Made by a program: the position numbers and the translations under genes
Origin: a virus
Strand: one strand, 5' to 3'
Length of the DNA: 64,000 bases
IMG/VR virus record: IMGVR_UViG_3300037797_000149
Coordinates: 1-64,000 of that record
Shown: one piece after another, positions 18,004 to 27,108 of the stretch
Layout of the letters: each line of letters starts with the position of its first letter
How positions within the stretch are numbered: the first letter of the stretch is position 1
Notes under the pieces: generated by a model
What the model saw: only the letters and a program-made list of their open reading frames with translations
Told to the model about the DNA's origin: nothing
Databases searched by the model: none

Positions 18004-18632
18004 CGGGCTCTCTCGCTGTAGGGGCGGATCCACATCGACGCAGGAAACCGCATGTTCAGCTCGACACGATCGCCAGGGGTAAATTTCTGGTCGATCCGGA
18101 ACCACAGTTCCTGATCCTCGTTCATCATGTTCTCGTAGGTGAATTGGTCTTTTCCGAAGCCCGACCATATCGGGTGCTCGTCGTACCAGTGGCGATATGG
18201 CGATCCAAGCGGTGATGGACCCGATGGAGGCGATGAGGGCTTCCCGTATGGCGATCCAAGCGAAGGGAACGACGGGAGTTCCCGGTCGTCGACCATCACC
18301 TGAGACCCGAAAACAGATCTCTCCATGTCTCTGAGTTCTGCGGATTTCTCCGCAGCGGTCTTCGGTATCAGCCGGCCGACCATCGCAGAGACCCCTGCAA
18401 ACGGCCACGCAAGGTTCCAGAGCAGGATCATCCCCGAATCAGAGGTGGTGCGTTCCACCGGATTCGCATGCCAGTCTTCAAGGTTGTGCCAGTACCGGCA
18501 CCTCTCCTTGGTTTTCGCCGGGGAGATGTGGTGATTGCAGCGGGGCTGGGCCTTCTTCTCGAAATGCCGTTTGCCGGCCGAGCGCAGCGAAGCCAGGTAC
18601 CCGACCAGGTACACGGCGAGAATGATCTCCAT
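18000..18632 (-). CDS. membrane protein (hypothetical)
   Basis: 210 aa with N-terminal TM 'MEIILAVYLVGYLA' and a second hydrophobic segment. RBS GAGGAGG. Confidence 0.55.
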   Translation of the reverse strand: MEIILAVYLVGYLASLRSAGKRHFEKKAQPRCNHHISPAKTKERCRYWHNLEDWHANPVERTTSDSGMILLWNLAWPFAGVSAMVGRLIPKTAAEKSAELRDMERSVFGSQVMVDDRELPSFPSLGSPYGKPSSPPSGPSPLGSPYRHWYDEHPIWSGFGKDQFTYENMMNEDQELWFRIDQKFTPGDRVELNMRFPASMWIRPYSERAR

Positions 18633-18665
18633 GGATGGCCTCCTCGAATGTCGGTGTCACCCATG

Positions 18666-18695
18666 ACTGTACCAGGCTTCGCTAGTTGTGTCCAA
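18666..18695 (-). promoter_or_regulatory. promoter, conserved family (TTGGAC-18-TGgTACAGT)
   Basis: The minus strand reads ttggacacaactagcgaagccTGGTACAGT and overlaps the RusA 3' end. Confidence 0.55.
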
Positions 18696-19194
18696 GGATT
18701 TTCCGGACCACGATGACCGCGCCTGGCCGTGGCGAGTCGACGTCGTCTCGCACGTATGCCTTGTCCGCCACCAGCCGGACCACGTTCTTGTCATCGATCC
18801 ACACGCCGGCGTCGGTGATCGCGTCCTCGGTGGCCCGGATCAGTTTGCTCAGGTCCGGAACCGTCGCCGGGGCGATCGGAGCGTCGTCGCGCAGCACGTG
18901 GGAAAACTTCCCGGTGCGGAAGTGTTTTTTGGGGCGGAATTGGTAGAAGGTGACGGTGAGACTGAGGGGACCGTCGAACGGCATACGCATCCCGGCCTCG
19001 GACTTGGCCTGCTCAGCGGCCTGTTTGACGTAGTACCGCCAGACCTTCACGTCCGCGCTGGATTCACGCACCGACACCCGGCCGGTGAATTCCCGGGTGC
19101 CCTTCTTCACCGACCCCCGGTAGATGGGCGCGGCGTTCTTCGAACCCTGCGGCTTACCCACCCCGGTGACCCAGACGGTCAGGGAATCGGTCAT
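18682..19194 (-). CDS. rusA: RusA-family Holliday junction resolvase
   Basis: 'VPDLSKLIRATEDAITDAGVWIDDKNVVRL' is the RusA catalytic Asp motif; the size is typical. Confidence 0.75.
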   Translation of the reverse strand: MTDSLTVWVTGVGKPQGSKNAAPIYRGSVKKGTREFTGRVSVRESSADVKVWRYYVKQAAEQAKSEAGMRMPFDGPLSLTVTFYQFRPKKHFRTGKFSHVLRDDAPIAPATVPDLSKLIRATEDAITDAGVWIDDKNVVRLVADKAYVRDDVDSPRPGAVIVVRKILGHN

Positions 19195-19790
19195 CGACGA
19201 CTGCTAGCCAGAACAGCACGCTCCAAATCTGTCAAATCCCACACCGCCATCACAGCCCACAGATCTCCGCCGATGTGCTTCAACAGAGCCGGGTCACGCG
19301 GTACCACGAGTGTCCAGGATTCAACTTCGAACAAGATATGGAAGCGGTGCAGCCTGCGAGGGTTGGGGCGGTGCGGCGGGGGAATGTTCGGGACGATAGT
19401 GGAACCCCGGCGCCATGAATCTCGGGAGTTCCACTCTCGGGACGTGTGGACCCGAACGGTGTCGGCTCCGACCAGCGCGCCCCGGTTCTCCGAATCCCGG
19501 AACCGGGAAAAGACCAGGTCCACCTTCCAGCTCCCGGCCATATCCCGGGTCACGAAGCACTGGGTAGCGTCCGCCCGGACGATGGCGATCCGGGGCAGGC
19601 CGTTGTCGAAGAATCCTCCAGCGTCGATCGTCTCGCTCAGGCTCAGGATCGGCATTCCCCGTGCCGCCGCCCGGTAGCCGGCGGCGATCGCCTCGTCTTC
19701 GGAATTGCGGTTGTGGCGCAGGGACTCGCGGTATTCGGCCAGCCGGTGCTCGGCTTCGGCGACCGGCATGTCTATCGTGTTCAGCTCCAT
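19191..19790 (-). CDS. hypothetical protein
   Basis: ORF 19191..19799 trimmed to ATG 19790 (GGAGG 8 nt upstream). Confidence 0.55.
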   Translation of the reverse strand: MELNTIDMPVAEAEHRLAEYRESLRHNRNSEDEAIAAGYRAAARGMPILSLSETIDAGGFFDNGLPRIAIVRADATQCFVTRDMAGSWKVDLVFSRFRDSENRGALVGADTVRVHTSREWNSRDSWRRGSTIVPNIPPPHRPNPRRLHRFHILFEVESWTLVVPRDPALLKHIGGDLWAVMAVWDLTDLERAVLASSRR

Positions 19791-19810
19791 GGTGAACACC
19801 TCCAGCTTTT

Positions 19811-19839
19811 ACGGTATCAGTATTTTTGAACCGTGTCGG
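19811..19839 (-). promoter_or_regulatory. promoter, conserved family (CCGACA-17-TGaTACCGT)
   Basis: The minus strand reads ccgacacggttcaaaaatacTGATACCGT. Confidence 0.5.
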
Positions 19840-20296
19840 CGGGTAAGAGCTCCCCACCGCTCAATGCGTGGAACCGCACGCACGGTATCCCCCGGTCGTC
19901 GCACAGTCCGGCGGTGTGCGTAGCCCCATGCGACCAATGCGGATCCGGCCCGTGCGGGCAGCCCCGTTTGGTGCATGGCTGGATGAACGCCAGGGCGATG
20001 TCCGGCTTGAGGCCGACCATCACCTCGTTACGGGCGAAGCCGGCCCCCTTCCCATCGGGGCCGTCCCAGTCGGCCGGGTGCGGATCTTCGGAGGCGGCGG
20101 CGTGCAGCTTCGCCCATTTCTTGGCGATCGCGTCCCCGCCAGAGAGGCAATCGCCGTGGATCACCAGGATCCGTTTGTCGACCTCCGCCCGCGGCGGGGC
20201 GTACCTCAGGCAGATGGCCAGAGCACGGTAGACCAGGGTGACGTCCTCCCAGGTGCGAGACGACGTCACCAGAACTTTGATCTGCGCGTGGTTCAC
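19817..20296 (-). CDS. DUF2493/SLOG-family protein
   Basis: 'ILVIHGDCLSGGDAIAKKWA' matches the 'GDCPxGADxxAxxWA' signature. GTG start with a GTGA overlap. Confidence 0.6.
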   Translation of the reverse strand: MNHAQIKVLVTSSRTWEDVTLVYRALAICLRYAPPRAEVDKRILVIHGDCLSGGDAIAKKWAKLHAAASEDPHPADWDGPDGKGAGFARNEVMVGLKPDIALAFIQPCTKRGCPHGPDPHWSHGATHTAGLCDDRGIPCVRFHALSGGELLPADTVQKY

Positions 20297-20643
20297 AATG
20301 CTTCGACCTCACGTAGCAGGTCCATGCGGCCGGGGCAGAAATGCCCGATCCACACTTCGTGGATCTGAGGGCGGAACTGGCCGGCCCCGACCGGGTCCAT
20401 GGACACGAACATCTTGAACGACATGTCGCTGGTCTGCTCGGGGTCGCACACTTCGGTGAACGTCTTGGCCACGATGCCCCAGTCGTCCACCTCGTAGTTG
20501 TGCACCGCCAGGGCCGCCGAATAGTCGGCCCGAAAGGCGGTCTCGTCGAGTGTGTGCTCCTCGTCCGGACTGGTTCCGGAACAACCGGCTACCAGCACCG
20601 CTGTTACGGCAGCGGACAGAATCGTCGTTATCGGAAAGCGCAT
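20293..20643 (-). CDS. lipoprotein
   Basis: Signal peptide with lipobox 'LVAGC'. Trimmed to ATG 20643 (RBS GAGAGGAG). Confidence 0.65.
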   Translation of the reverse strand: MRFPITTILSAAVTAVLVAGCSGTSPDEEHTLDETAFRADYSAALAVHNYEVDDWGIVAKTFTEVCDPEQTSDMSFKMFVSMDPVGAGQFRPQIHEVWIGHFCPGRMDLLREVEAL

Positions 20644-20654
20644 TCCTGCTCCTC

Positions 20655-20930
20655 TCAATTCAGCGGAAAGTACACCACTTCCATGGCCCCGTGGGCCTTC
20701 GGGTGGGCTTCCACCAGGTGCACTTCGTGGTCTTGGGTCTCACACCATGCGGGACATTTGGGGACGGTCCTCATCCAGGACGCCTTCCCTTTGCGGGGAG
20801 TGATCTGTTTCACCGCATCTGGTTCGTTGTCCCTGAGAAACCGGGCGGCCACGTTGACGTCCAGAGTGCCCATGACGAACCATCCGTCTCCGTCAAAGTC
20901 CGCTCTCATCGGCCTGCGCGGCATCTCCAT
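20655..20930 (-). CDS. hypothetical protein
   Basis: 91-aa ORF with RBS GGAAAGGA. Confidence 0.5.
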   Translation of the reverse strand: MEMPRRPMRADFDGDGWFVMGTLDVNVAARFLRDNEPDAVKQITPRKGKASWMRTVPKCPAWCETQDHEVHLVEAHPKAHGAMEVVYFPLN

Positions 20931-21105
20931 CGTCCTTTCCGCTGAATTTGGCTTGAGACGTCACATGCCAGTCCGGGCAGTGGCGGCATTCGTAGGCGCG
21001 GTAATCCCTGTCGTCATTGGCCCAGGACAGCAGTGTGGCCAGGTTGTCCGCCAGCGACTGCGACGGCAGCGACCAGACTTTCCCCGAAGGGCAGTCCGAA
21101 GTCAT
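20893..21105 (-). CDS. hypothetical protein (CxxC..H motif)
   Basis: 70-aa ORF containing 'YECRHCPDWH'. Confidence 0.45.
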   Translation of the reverse strand: MTSDCPSGKVWSLPSQSLADNLATLLSWANDDRDYRAYECRHCPDWHVTSQAKFSGKDDGDAAQADESGL

Positions 21106-21111
21106 GACCCA

Positions 21112-21468
21112 TCACCCGCTGCGGTCCTGAGATTCCCGGGCGGCGAGTTCATGATTCAGGTACTCCAGCAGCCGTGTGACCTGGACGATCTCCTCACGTA
21201 GATCGTCGGTCCCGAATTCGGAGATCAGGTGCCTGACATGCAGGTCCCCGGCCATCAGCATCCCGAACAAGATGTGGATCCGGTTGGTCGAATTCCCGAA
21301 ATGCAGGACCGAGTCCTCGCCTTCGGTGCACTCGGCGATCAGGAACCACTCGTTGAGCTGGGCGATATGCGCGGAGTCCGACCCGTCGATCACGAATTTC
21401 TCGATGGCCTTCTCGATGTTCCTGGAACGGGGCGAGTCCGCCTCCACCGTGTCATCGGGATCTATCAC
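21112..21468 (-). CDS. hypothetical protein
   Basis: 118-aa ORF, GTG start with a GTGA overlap. Confidence 0.5.
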   Translation of the reverse strand: MIDPDDTVEADSPRSRNIEKAIEKFVIDGSDSAHIAQLNEWFLIAECTEGEDSVLHFGNSTNRIHILFGMLMAGDLHVRHLISEFGTDDLREEIVQVTRLLEYLNHELAARESQDRSG

Positions 21469-21683
21469 GAGGCCGCCCTGTTACCGGCGGATCTCTCGCC
21501 GGCCAGCTGGGCGAATTCCGCGATCGCCTCGCGCTCGTCGCTGGTCACCGCCAGAATGTGCCGGCCGCGGCGGACCACCCAGGCGTGCTCGATTGAGATG
21601 ATCCCCACACGCTTGTACCCGACCGTCTTGAACCATACGACTCCTGCGATACAAATCGCGGCCACGATCAGCATTGCTGTCAT
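21465..21683 (-). CDS. small membrane protein
   Basis: ORF 21465..21866 trimmed to ATG 21683 (RBS GGGAGG). N-terminal TM 'MLIVAAICIAGVVWF'. Confidence 0.5.
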   Translation of the reverse strand: MTAMLIVAAICIAGVVWFKTVGYKRVGIISIEHAWVVRRGRHILAVTSDEREAIAEFAQLAGERSAGNRAAS

Positions 21684-21804
21684 CACAGTCCTCCCCTCGT
21701 AGCGAAAAATGACCAGTTCTCGCACCTCACGGTACGCACGAACCTCCTGCAGGCGCACCTCACCGGATGTCGGTGCCCTCCGATACGGTCCGCGAACGCG
21801 CGTA

Positions 21805-22449
21805 TCAGAATTCCCACGTCCCAATCGGGCCACCGTCGTAATTCGGCGCATAGGCGAGCGTGCCATGCTCCATTGGCAGATCGAACACCAGCAGGCCGGA
21901 CCTGTTCTCGCCTGCGTTCAGCTCCGCATAGCCGAGCTGGTCGTCATAGTCGATCGCGTCCCACGAGTTGCCGCCGCCCTGATCGAAGCGCTTGCCGTCA
22001 TCGTCGACCACATAGAAGTCGTCCTCGTAGACATCCATGGTCGCGTCGGCGTCAAGGTCGACTGTGAATATGACGAACGTGCCGTTCTTCGGCGCATCGC
22101 CATAGGAGTCGGCTGGCTGCGTTGACGTGTCGATGTTCGACACCGTGATCGAGCCGAGGACGTCGTCGTACTCTGTCACCGTCAGCGTGTCGCCGATCTC
22201 GGCGACAGCTGGGCCAGTCTCTTCCGGCTCGGGCTCTGGTTCGGGTTCTGGCTCTTCGGTCGGTGCCTCTTCCGCGACCGGCTCCGCATCAGCCGTCACG
22301 GTCACCGTGGGTGCCGGGTCGGCGGACGGAGTCTCGTCCGTCCCGGCCTGCCCGATGCCGACACCGGCGAGCAGCGCGGCCACGATGGCGGCGATCCACG
22401 GCCAGCGGCGGGACTTGCGTGGGGGTGGGGGTACGGGGGTCTGAGTCAT
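21805..22449 (-). CDS. membrane-anchored DUF4352-like protein
   Basis: 214 aa: TM 'WPWIAAIVAALLAGVGI', a Pro/Glu linker (EPEPEPEPE), then a beta-rich domain 'GTFVIFTVDLDA...RSGLLVFDLP'. Confidence 0.55.
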   Translation of the reverse strand: MTQTPVPPPPRKSRRWPWIAAIVAALLAGVGIGQAGTDETPSADPAPTVTVTADAEPVAEEAPTEEPEPEPEPEPEETGPAVAEIGDTLTVTEYDDVLGSITVSNIDTSTQPADSYGDAPKNGTFVIFTVDLDADATMDVYEDDFYVVDDDGKRFDQGGGNSWDAIDYDDQLGYAELNAGENRSGLLVFDLPMEHGTLAYAPNYDGGPIGTWEF

Positions 22450-22471
22450 GGCTTCTCCCTATTGCTCACGT

Positions 22472-22630
22472 TCACCGGATGTCGGTTCCTGGCCCGGATC
22501 TCTCGTGACCTTCTGACATGCTGCGCCAGGCGGCCTTCTTGGCGGCCTTGCCCTTGGCTCTGGGGCTGTCCTGGCGGTAGTGGCCCTTCTTGGATTTGAC
22601 CTTGGACTTCCCTGATCTAAAAATTTTCAC
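22472..22630 (-). CDS. small Lys-rich basic protein (52 aa)
   Basis: GTG 22630 with AGGAGG upstream and a GTGA overlap. Below the ORF-track logic because it has no ATG start. Confidence 0.35.
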   Translation of the reverse strand: MKIFRSGKSKVKSKKGHYRQDSPRAKGKAAKKAAWRSMSEGHERSGPGTDIR

Positions 22631-22908
22631 GATCGCGCCTCCTTCGATGTTTGGGGGTTGGCGAATAAGCCGGCGTTCACCTTGCCACCGCGGGGCCTGA
22701 AATCGACGCCGGACTCGACGAGCAGCTTGTGGACGAAGCCATAGGACCGGCCGGTGGCCTTGCAGATCGCACGCACTGAGTCGCCCGCCTCGTACATGGT
22801 GGCCAATTCCCGGCGCAAGCTCAGCCGTTTCTCGCTGTCCTTCGGGTATCGCTCGCCCCGGTCGGGGCGGGTGACGCGGCGCAGATCCACATGATCGCTG
22901 TCGAACAT
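22627..22908 (-). CDS. helix-turn-helix DNA-binding protein
   Basis: 'ELATMYEAGDSVRAICKATGRSYGFVHKLLVESGVDFRPRGG' is a widespread actinobacterial HTH module. ATG 22908 with AGGAGG. First gene of the leftward block. Confidence 0.65.
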   Translation of the reverse strand: MFDSDHVDLRRVTRPDRGERYPKDSEKRLSLRRELATMYEAGDSVRAICKATGRSYGFVHKLLVESGVDFRPRGGKVNAGLFANPQTSKEARS

Positions 22909-22952
22909 GGTGGTACCTCCTGTGATTGGCTGTGATCTTGGCTTCGACATCG

Positions 22953-22983
22953 ACAGTATCAGGCGTGTACATTGTGTGTCCAA
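22953..22983 (-). promoter_or_regulatory. promoter, conserved family (TTGGACA-18/19-TGaTACTGT)
   Basis: The minus strand reads ttggacacacaatgtacacgccTGATACTGT, in the divergent region between the two big blocks. Confidence 0.55.
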
Positions 22984-23017
22984 TAGATCGATTTTTCCGC
23001 AGAGGACTTTAATCACC

Positions 23018-23446
23018 ATGACTTTCGAAAAGATCAGCCGATTCACCGGGCCGTTCCGCTTTCTGTCCAACTTCTACATCGAAGACGACGGCAAGTCCGT
23101 CGAGCACCGCTTCCAGGCGGTCAAGACGCTGGACGAATCCGAACGGGAATTCATTTACTCCGCCCCCACCGCAGCTGCCGCCAAGCGCCGCGGGCGGCAA
23201 GTCACGATGCGCCAGGACTGGGACGAGGTCAAAGAACAGGTGATGGAGTTCCTGCTCACCAAGAAGTTCGAGGATCCCCGGATGCGCAAACTATTGCTGC
23301 AAACCGGCGACGCACGCCTGGAAGAGGGCAACTATTGGGGGGATGAGTATTGGGGTGTGGACATGGTCACCGGTGAAGGCCTGAACCGGCTGGGCATCCT
23401 GCTGATGAAGATCCGTAAGAGAATTTCGCAGGAGGAGGACCAGTGA
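23018..23446 (+). CDS. NADAR (DUF1768/YbiA-like) family protein
   Basis: 'FTGPFRFLSNFY...HRFQA.K.........RLEEGNYWGDEYWG' is typical of NADAR. Trimmed to ATG 23018. Confidence 0.7.
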   Translation: MTFEKISRFTGPFRFLSNFYIEDDGKSVEHRFQAVKTLDESEREFIYSAPTAAAAKRRGRQVTMRQDWDEVKEQVMEFLLTKKFEDPRMRKLLLQTGDARLEEGNYWGDEYWGVDMVTGEGLNRLGILLMKIRKRISQEEDQ

Positions 23447-23700
23447 AGCTCAGACGACTCGAACTCCGCTGCCCAAAATGTGGCGACCTGGTCGACGAGG
23501 TCGAACCGGAGCATCTCAATGAGGGCGCGCAATGGCTGGTCGTTCGCAGCATTTTCACCGGCCTGCGAGTGAAAGCCCTGTTCGGGTGGCATCTGAAACC
23601 TTGTGGGCATTTCGTGTCCGCGAACCAGTACGTCCTGTACTGGAGACTGACCGAGACCGAGAGACGGGCGAGGTTCCTCCCCGTCGAGGAGGACCAATGA
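23443..23700 (+). CDS. hypothetical zinc-ribbon protein
   Basis: 85 aa with 'CPKCG...CGH'. GTG start with a GTGA overlap. Confidence 0.5.
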   Translation: MKLRRLELRCPKCGDLVDEVEPEHLNEGAQWLVVRSIFTGLRVKALFGWHLKPCGHFVSANQYVLYWRLTETERRARFLPVEEDQ

Positions 23701-23888
23701 GCGCAGAAGAGGCGATCCGACAGACAATCCTCAAAACTCTGGAGGATCATCTGGAGGAGGACGACGGAGCCACGAAAATCCACAGCATGGGGGCCCATAA
23801 CGTCGTGATCGACTACTCCTACCTCGACCGGCTCAATTTCAGGAAAGAAGTGACCTACCTGGTCAAGATTGAGGCCACCAAGTTGTGA
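23697..23888 (+). CDS. hypothetical protein
   Basis: Internal ATG 23697 (ATGA overlap) of ORF 23532..23888. Confidence 0.5.
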   Translation: MSAEEAIRQTILKTLEDHLEEDDGATKIHSMGAHNVVIDYSYLDRLNFRKEVTYLVKIEATKL

Positions 23889-25675
23889 TCAACCTCGCGT
23901 TCGACATCGAGAGCCACGATTCTGAACTTCTGTGGTCGATGGGGCCGGAGTTCTTCCGGGTCGCGGGCTACTCGACCGGCCAAGGTGTGCGCATCACCAC
24001 CGATCCGCATGAGCTCAACCGCAATCTCACATCTCCACTAGTGGACGCCATCGCCGGTAGCCACATCATGGGATTCGACCTCCCGGTGCTGCGGAAGATC
24101 TGTGGATTCGACATCGTCGAGGCCGCAGAACGCGGGCGATTGCGCGACAGCATGCTGATCGCCTTCTACCGCGACCCGCCGCCGGCGCAAATGAATACCG
24201 GGCAGATTCAGAGGTACTTCAACCTCAGCAATACCGCGAAACGGGTATTGAACGACGTCAAACACACCGACGCCTCCAAAGCCCTGGTGAAGGAGTACGG
24301 ATCGTGGGGCGCGATCCCCGTCGACGACGCGAGGTTCGCCTCCTACCTGCACACCGATGTCGAGCTGGCCGGTAACGTGACTTCCGCACTGTGCGGACCC
24401 GAATGGGACATGCCGCCATACCTGTTCCGCGAACACCGCATCGCCGCGCTCGGGGCGATCATCACGATGAACGGGTTCCGGGTCGACGACGAACTGGTGC
24501 TGAAGCGGTACGAGGCGGGCGAGCTGAAGCGCCGCACCATCCTGGAACGACTCACGCAGGACTTCGGCCTGCCCACCGTGCGCAAAGACGGCTCCCCGTC
24601 CAAGGCCCCGCAGAACACCCAGGAAGGCCGCCTGGCGGTGAAGCGGGCCTTCGAAGCCGTCGGCGCCAAGCACATGCCCAAGACCGACAAGGGCGCCTGG
24701 GGCACCGGCAAAGAAGCCATGAACAAAATGATCGAGCATTACGGGTCACCCAAGGGCGGTCTGTCCGATCGGCGCCAGCAGTCGGTGCGCGACTTGGCCG
24801 AAACCATTCAGAGCCTGAACGGCATCCGCACGGTGTACGAGACCACCAAGAAGTACATGGTCGAAGACGGCGACGGATCCTGGCGGGTGCATCCCGCCGT
24901 GGACGCACGGCAAGCCTCGGGGCGGCTGTCGTTCACCAAACCCGGCCTGACGGTGATGGGAAAGCGCGGCGGACGGCACCACGAGCGTGAGATCTTCCTG
25001 CCCGAACCGGGCCACGTCATCGTGTGCGCGGACTTGTCCCAGATCGACGCCCGGGCGGTGGCGGTGCTGAGCCAGGACCAGGGCTACATGGATCTTTTCG
25101 GGCCAGGCGCCGACCTGCACGCCGAAGTCGCCAAACGGGTGTTCGGGAATGCGGATCTCAGGGAGATGGCGAAGCCCTTAAATCACGGCTATAACTACGG
25201 GCTCGGTGCACGCAAGGTCATCGACACGATGGGCCTGGACCCGAAAGTGGTGTTCCAGTTCTACGAACAGATGCAGCGCCAGTTCCCCCGTCTGATGGAG
25301 TGGAAGGCCGAGATCGCAGAGATCGCCGCACAGGGCCATCTGCTGGATAACGGATGGGGCCGGCGGATGCGGCCGGAACCGCGCCGCGCCTACACCCAGG
25401 GGCCTGCCCTGATGGGGCAGGGCTGCGCCCGGGACCTGATGATGGAGGGAATGCTCAGACTGCCACGCGAGATCCACCCGATGCTGCGCGGGGTGATCCA
25501 CGACGAGGTGGTGTGCAGTGTGCCGATCGATATCGTGGACGATGTGGAGAAGGCGATCGTCAAGGCGTTCACCTTTGAGTGGGCGCCGCCGAAGATGCCG
25601 AACGCCAGGCCGATCCAGATCGTGGCCGACGTGGGGAACCGTGGGACGAGCTGGGGAAACGTGTACGAGAAATAG
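23885..25675 (+). CDS. DNA polymerase I (family A) with 3'-5' exonuclease domain
   Basis: ExoI 'FDIES', motif A 'DLSQIDARA', motif B 'AKPLNHGYNYG', motif C 'VIHDEV'. Confidence 0.9.
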   Translation: MINLAFDIESHDSELLWSMGPEFFRVAGYSTGQGVRITTDPHELNRNLTSPLVDAIAGSHIMGFDLPVLRKICGFDIVEAAERGRLRDSMLIAFYRDPPPAQMNTGQIQRYFNLSNTAKRVLNDVKHTDASKALVKEYGSWGAIPVDDARFASYLHTDVELAGNVTSALCGPEWDMPPYLFREHRIAALGAIITMNGFRVDDELVLKRYEAGELKRRTILERLTQDFGLPTVRKDGSPSKAPQNTQEGRLAVKRAFEAVGAKHMPKTDKGAWGTGKEAMNKMIEHYGSPKGGLSDRRQQSVRDLAETIQSLNGIRTVYETTKKYMVEDGDGSWRVHPAVDARQASGRLSFTKPGLTVMGKRGGRHHEREIFLPEPGHVIVCADLSQIDARAVAVLSQDQGYMDLFGPGADLHAEVAKRVFGNADLREMAKPLNHGYNYGLGARKVIDTMGLDPKVVFQFYEQMQRQFPRLMEWKAEIAEIAAQGHLLDNGWGRRMRPEPRRAYTQGPALMGQGCARDLMMEGMLRLPREIHPMLRGVIHDEVVCSVPIDIVDDVEKAIVKAFTFEWAPPKMPNARPIQIVADVGNRGTSWGNVYEK

Positions 25676-25679
25676 CGCC

Positions 25680-25708
25680 TGGACACGATCTCAACGCTCT
25701 GATACAGT
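25680..25708 (+). promoter_or_regulatory. promoter, conserved family (TGGACA-17-TGaTACAGT)
   Basis: The plus strand reads tggacacgatctcaacgctcTGATACAGT, immediately after the polymerase stop. Confidence 0.6.
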
Positions 25709-25755
25709 CTCGTTCTGACAGTGACGCACATCACCTTACAAATCAGGAGGCTGAC

Positions 25756-25941
25756 ATGGCACGATCCGACCGTCCCACCAGAAACGACCTCGCCACCGCC
25801 GAGATGCTCTCGCAGCAACTGGCCGCGAAGGGCGTTCCCGTCACCAGAATGAGCCGCTCACAGGCGCGCAAGGCCGTCAAAAGCGTCCGGGGACGCCCGG
25901 CCGCTCCGGGCTTTGTCGACTGGCTGCTGGGACGGAAGTGA
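25756..25941 (+). CDS. hypothetical protein
   Basis: ATG 25756 with AGGAGG upstream; internal to ORF 25579..25941. Confidence 0.55.
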   Translation: MARSDRPTRNDLATAEMLSQQLAAKGVPVTRMSRSQARKAVKSVRGRPAAPGFVDWLLGRK

Positions 25942-26498
25942 AGCGAGCGATGACCGATGGAACACTTGTTGAGGCGAGTTCTGCCGCCGGGGCCGCGTCC
26001 ATCTGGTGGGCGGCTCAGATCAAGAATCCCACATTCCGCCACACTGATCCGGGGTCCAGCGATAATCCCGCAGTCGCCATTCTGAGCATGGACCTGGCAT
26101 ACATGGTGTCCGAACAAACCATGGCCGATGATCAGTCCACGGCGAAATTCGTGAAAATCCTTCGCGAAAAAGTGCAGGGTGAACTCGACGCTTGTGTCGA
26201 TGATCTGACGTACATAAATCTCGATGTCGACTACGGTCCCGGCAGACTTCTCAAAGAAGCCGCTGACGAGGCGGGCATCCCTTACAGCCGTTTCCCATGG
26301 AAGACGATGATGTTCGTCTACCCCGACCATGTCATCGCCGCACTCGGATACGGAGCACCGAGCTCCCTGGTATGGGCCACGGACGAATGGCTGAACAACC
26401 GCCAGCCATGCGGGGCCAACAGGTGTAACAAGGATTTCGATCCTCTCGACGAGGTCTGCCCCAAACCGGTGTTTCATGAAGGCGAATGCGGGGACTAG
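25938..26498 (+). CDS. hypothetical protein
   Basis: 186-aa ORF with start coupled to the upstream stop. Confidence 0.55.
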   Translation: MKRAMTDGTLVEASSAAGAASIWWAAQIKNPTFRHTDPGSSDNPAVAILSMDLAYMVSEQTMADDQSTAKFVKILREKVQGELDACVDDLTYINLDVDYGPGRLLKEAADEAGIPYSRFPWKTMMFVYPDHVIAALGYGAPSSLVWATDEWLNNRQPCGANRCNKDFDPLDEVCPKPVFHEGECGD

Positions 26499-26627
26499 GT
26501 GGCCGACACCGCCAGATGCCTGGACTGCGGTCTGAGCTACGCCGGGCATTACAGTTCCGCCGCTATGAAACGTCTTGCAGAGACAAAGGACCTGCACCAT
26601 TACCGGACCCGTGAGGACGATTCGTGA
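26499..26627 (+). CDS. hypothetical small protein (42 aa)
   Basis: GTG 26499 lies directly after TAG 26496-26498. Contains 'CLDCG'. It fills a gap exactly and ends overlapping the next start. Confidence 0.3.
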   Translation: MADTARCLDCGLSYAGHYSSAAMKRLAETKDLHHYRTREDDS

Positions 26628-26908
26628 TGCCCAAGCAGGACCGGCAGGTCAGGATTTTCGAGAACCGCAAGCATCCCGGATTCGAGTTCACCGCTCCGGG
26701 GGTCATGATGGGCACCGAAAATCTGCAAGTCGAAATGACGGGCCGCGGGTGGCGGATCACCTGGGAGGAACCAGGATATTCGGACACGGTTCAAGAGGAG
26801 CTCTACATGGGGGCCATCTTGAAACTGGTAACCCGGCGGCTTGGTCTCGACGCAACGTTTCGCCTTAGAACGTCTCAACCTGGAAACTACGTGGAGGACG
26901 ACTCGTGA
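26627..26908 (+). CDS. hypothetical protein
   Basis: ORF 26624..26908; ATG at 26627. Confidence 0.55.
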   Translation: MPKQDRQVRIFENRKHPGFEFTAPGVMMGTENLQVEMTGRGWRITWEEPGYSDTVQEELYMGAILKLVTRRLGLDATFRLRTSQPGNYVEDDS

Positions 26909-27099
26909 TTCACATCGCGACATGCCACCTGTGCACCTGGAAGTCCTTCTGGGGCGGCGAGAAGTCGGCGGAGAACGCGTCCGCATGGCACGTGTACTAC
27001 CGGCACCGCAATCACTGGGTGAAAATCATAGGTGAAGACAGACCGCCCGACACGGGCGTAGCCCCACCGCTGCGCCAGCTCACCACGGTCACCGGTTAG
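26905..27099 (+). CDS. hypothetical protein
   Basis: 64-aa ORF with a GTGA overlap. Confidence 0.5.
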   Translation: MIHIATCHLCTWKSFWGGEKSAENASAWHVYYRHRNHWVKIIGEDRPPDTGVAPPLRQLTTVTG

Positions 27100-27108
27100 G
27101 AGAGGGCA

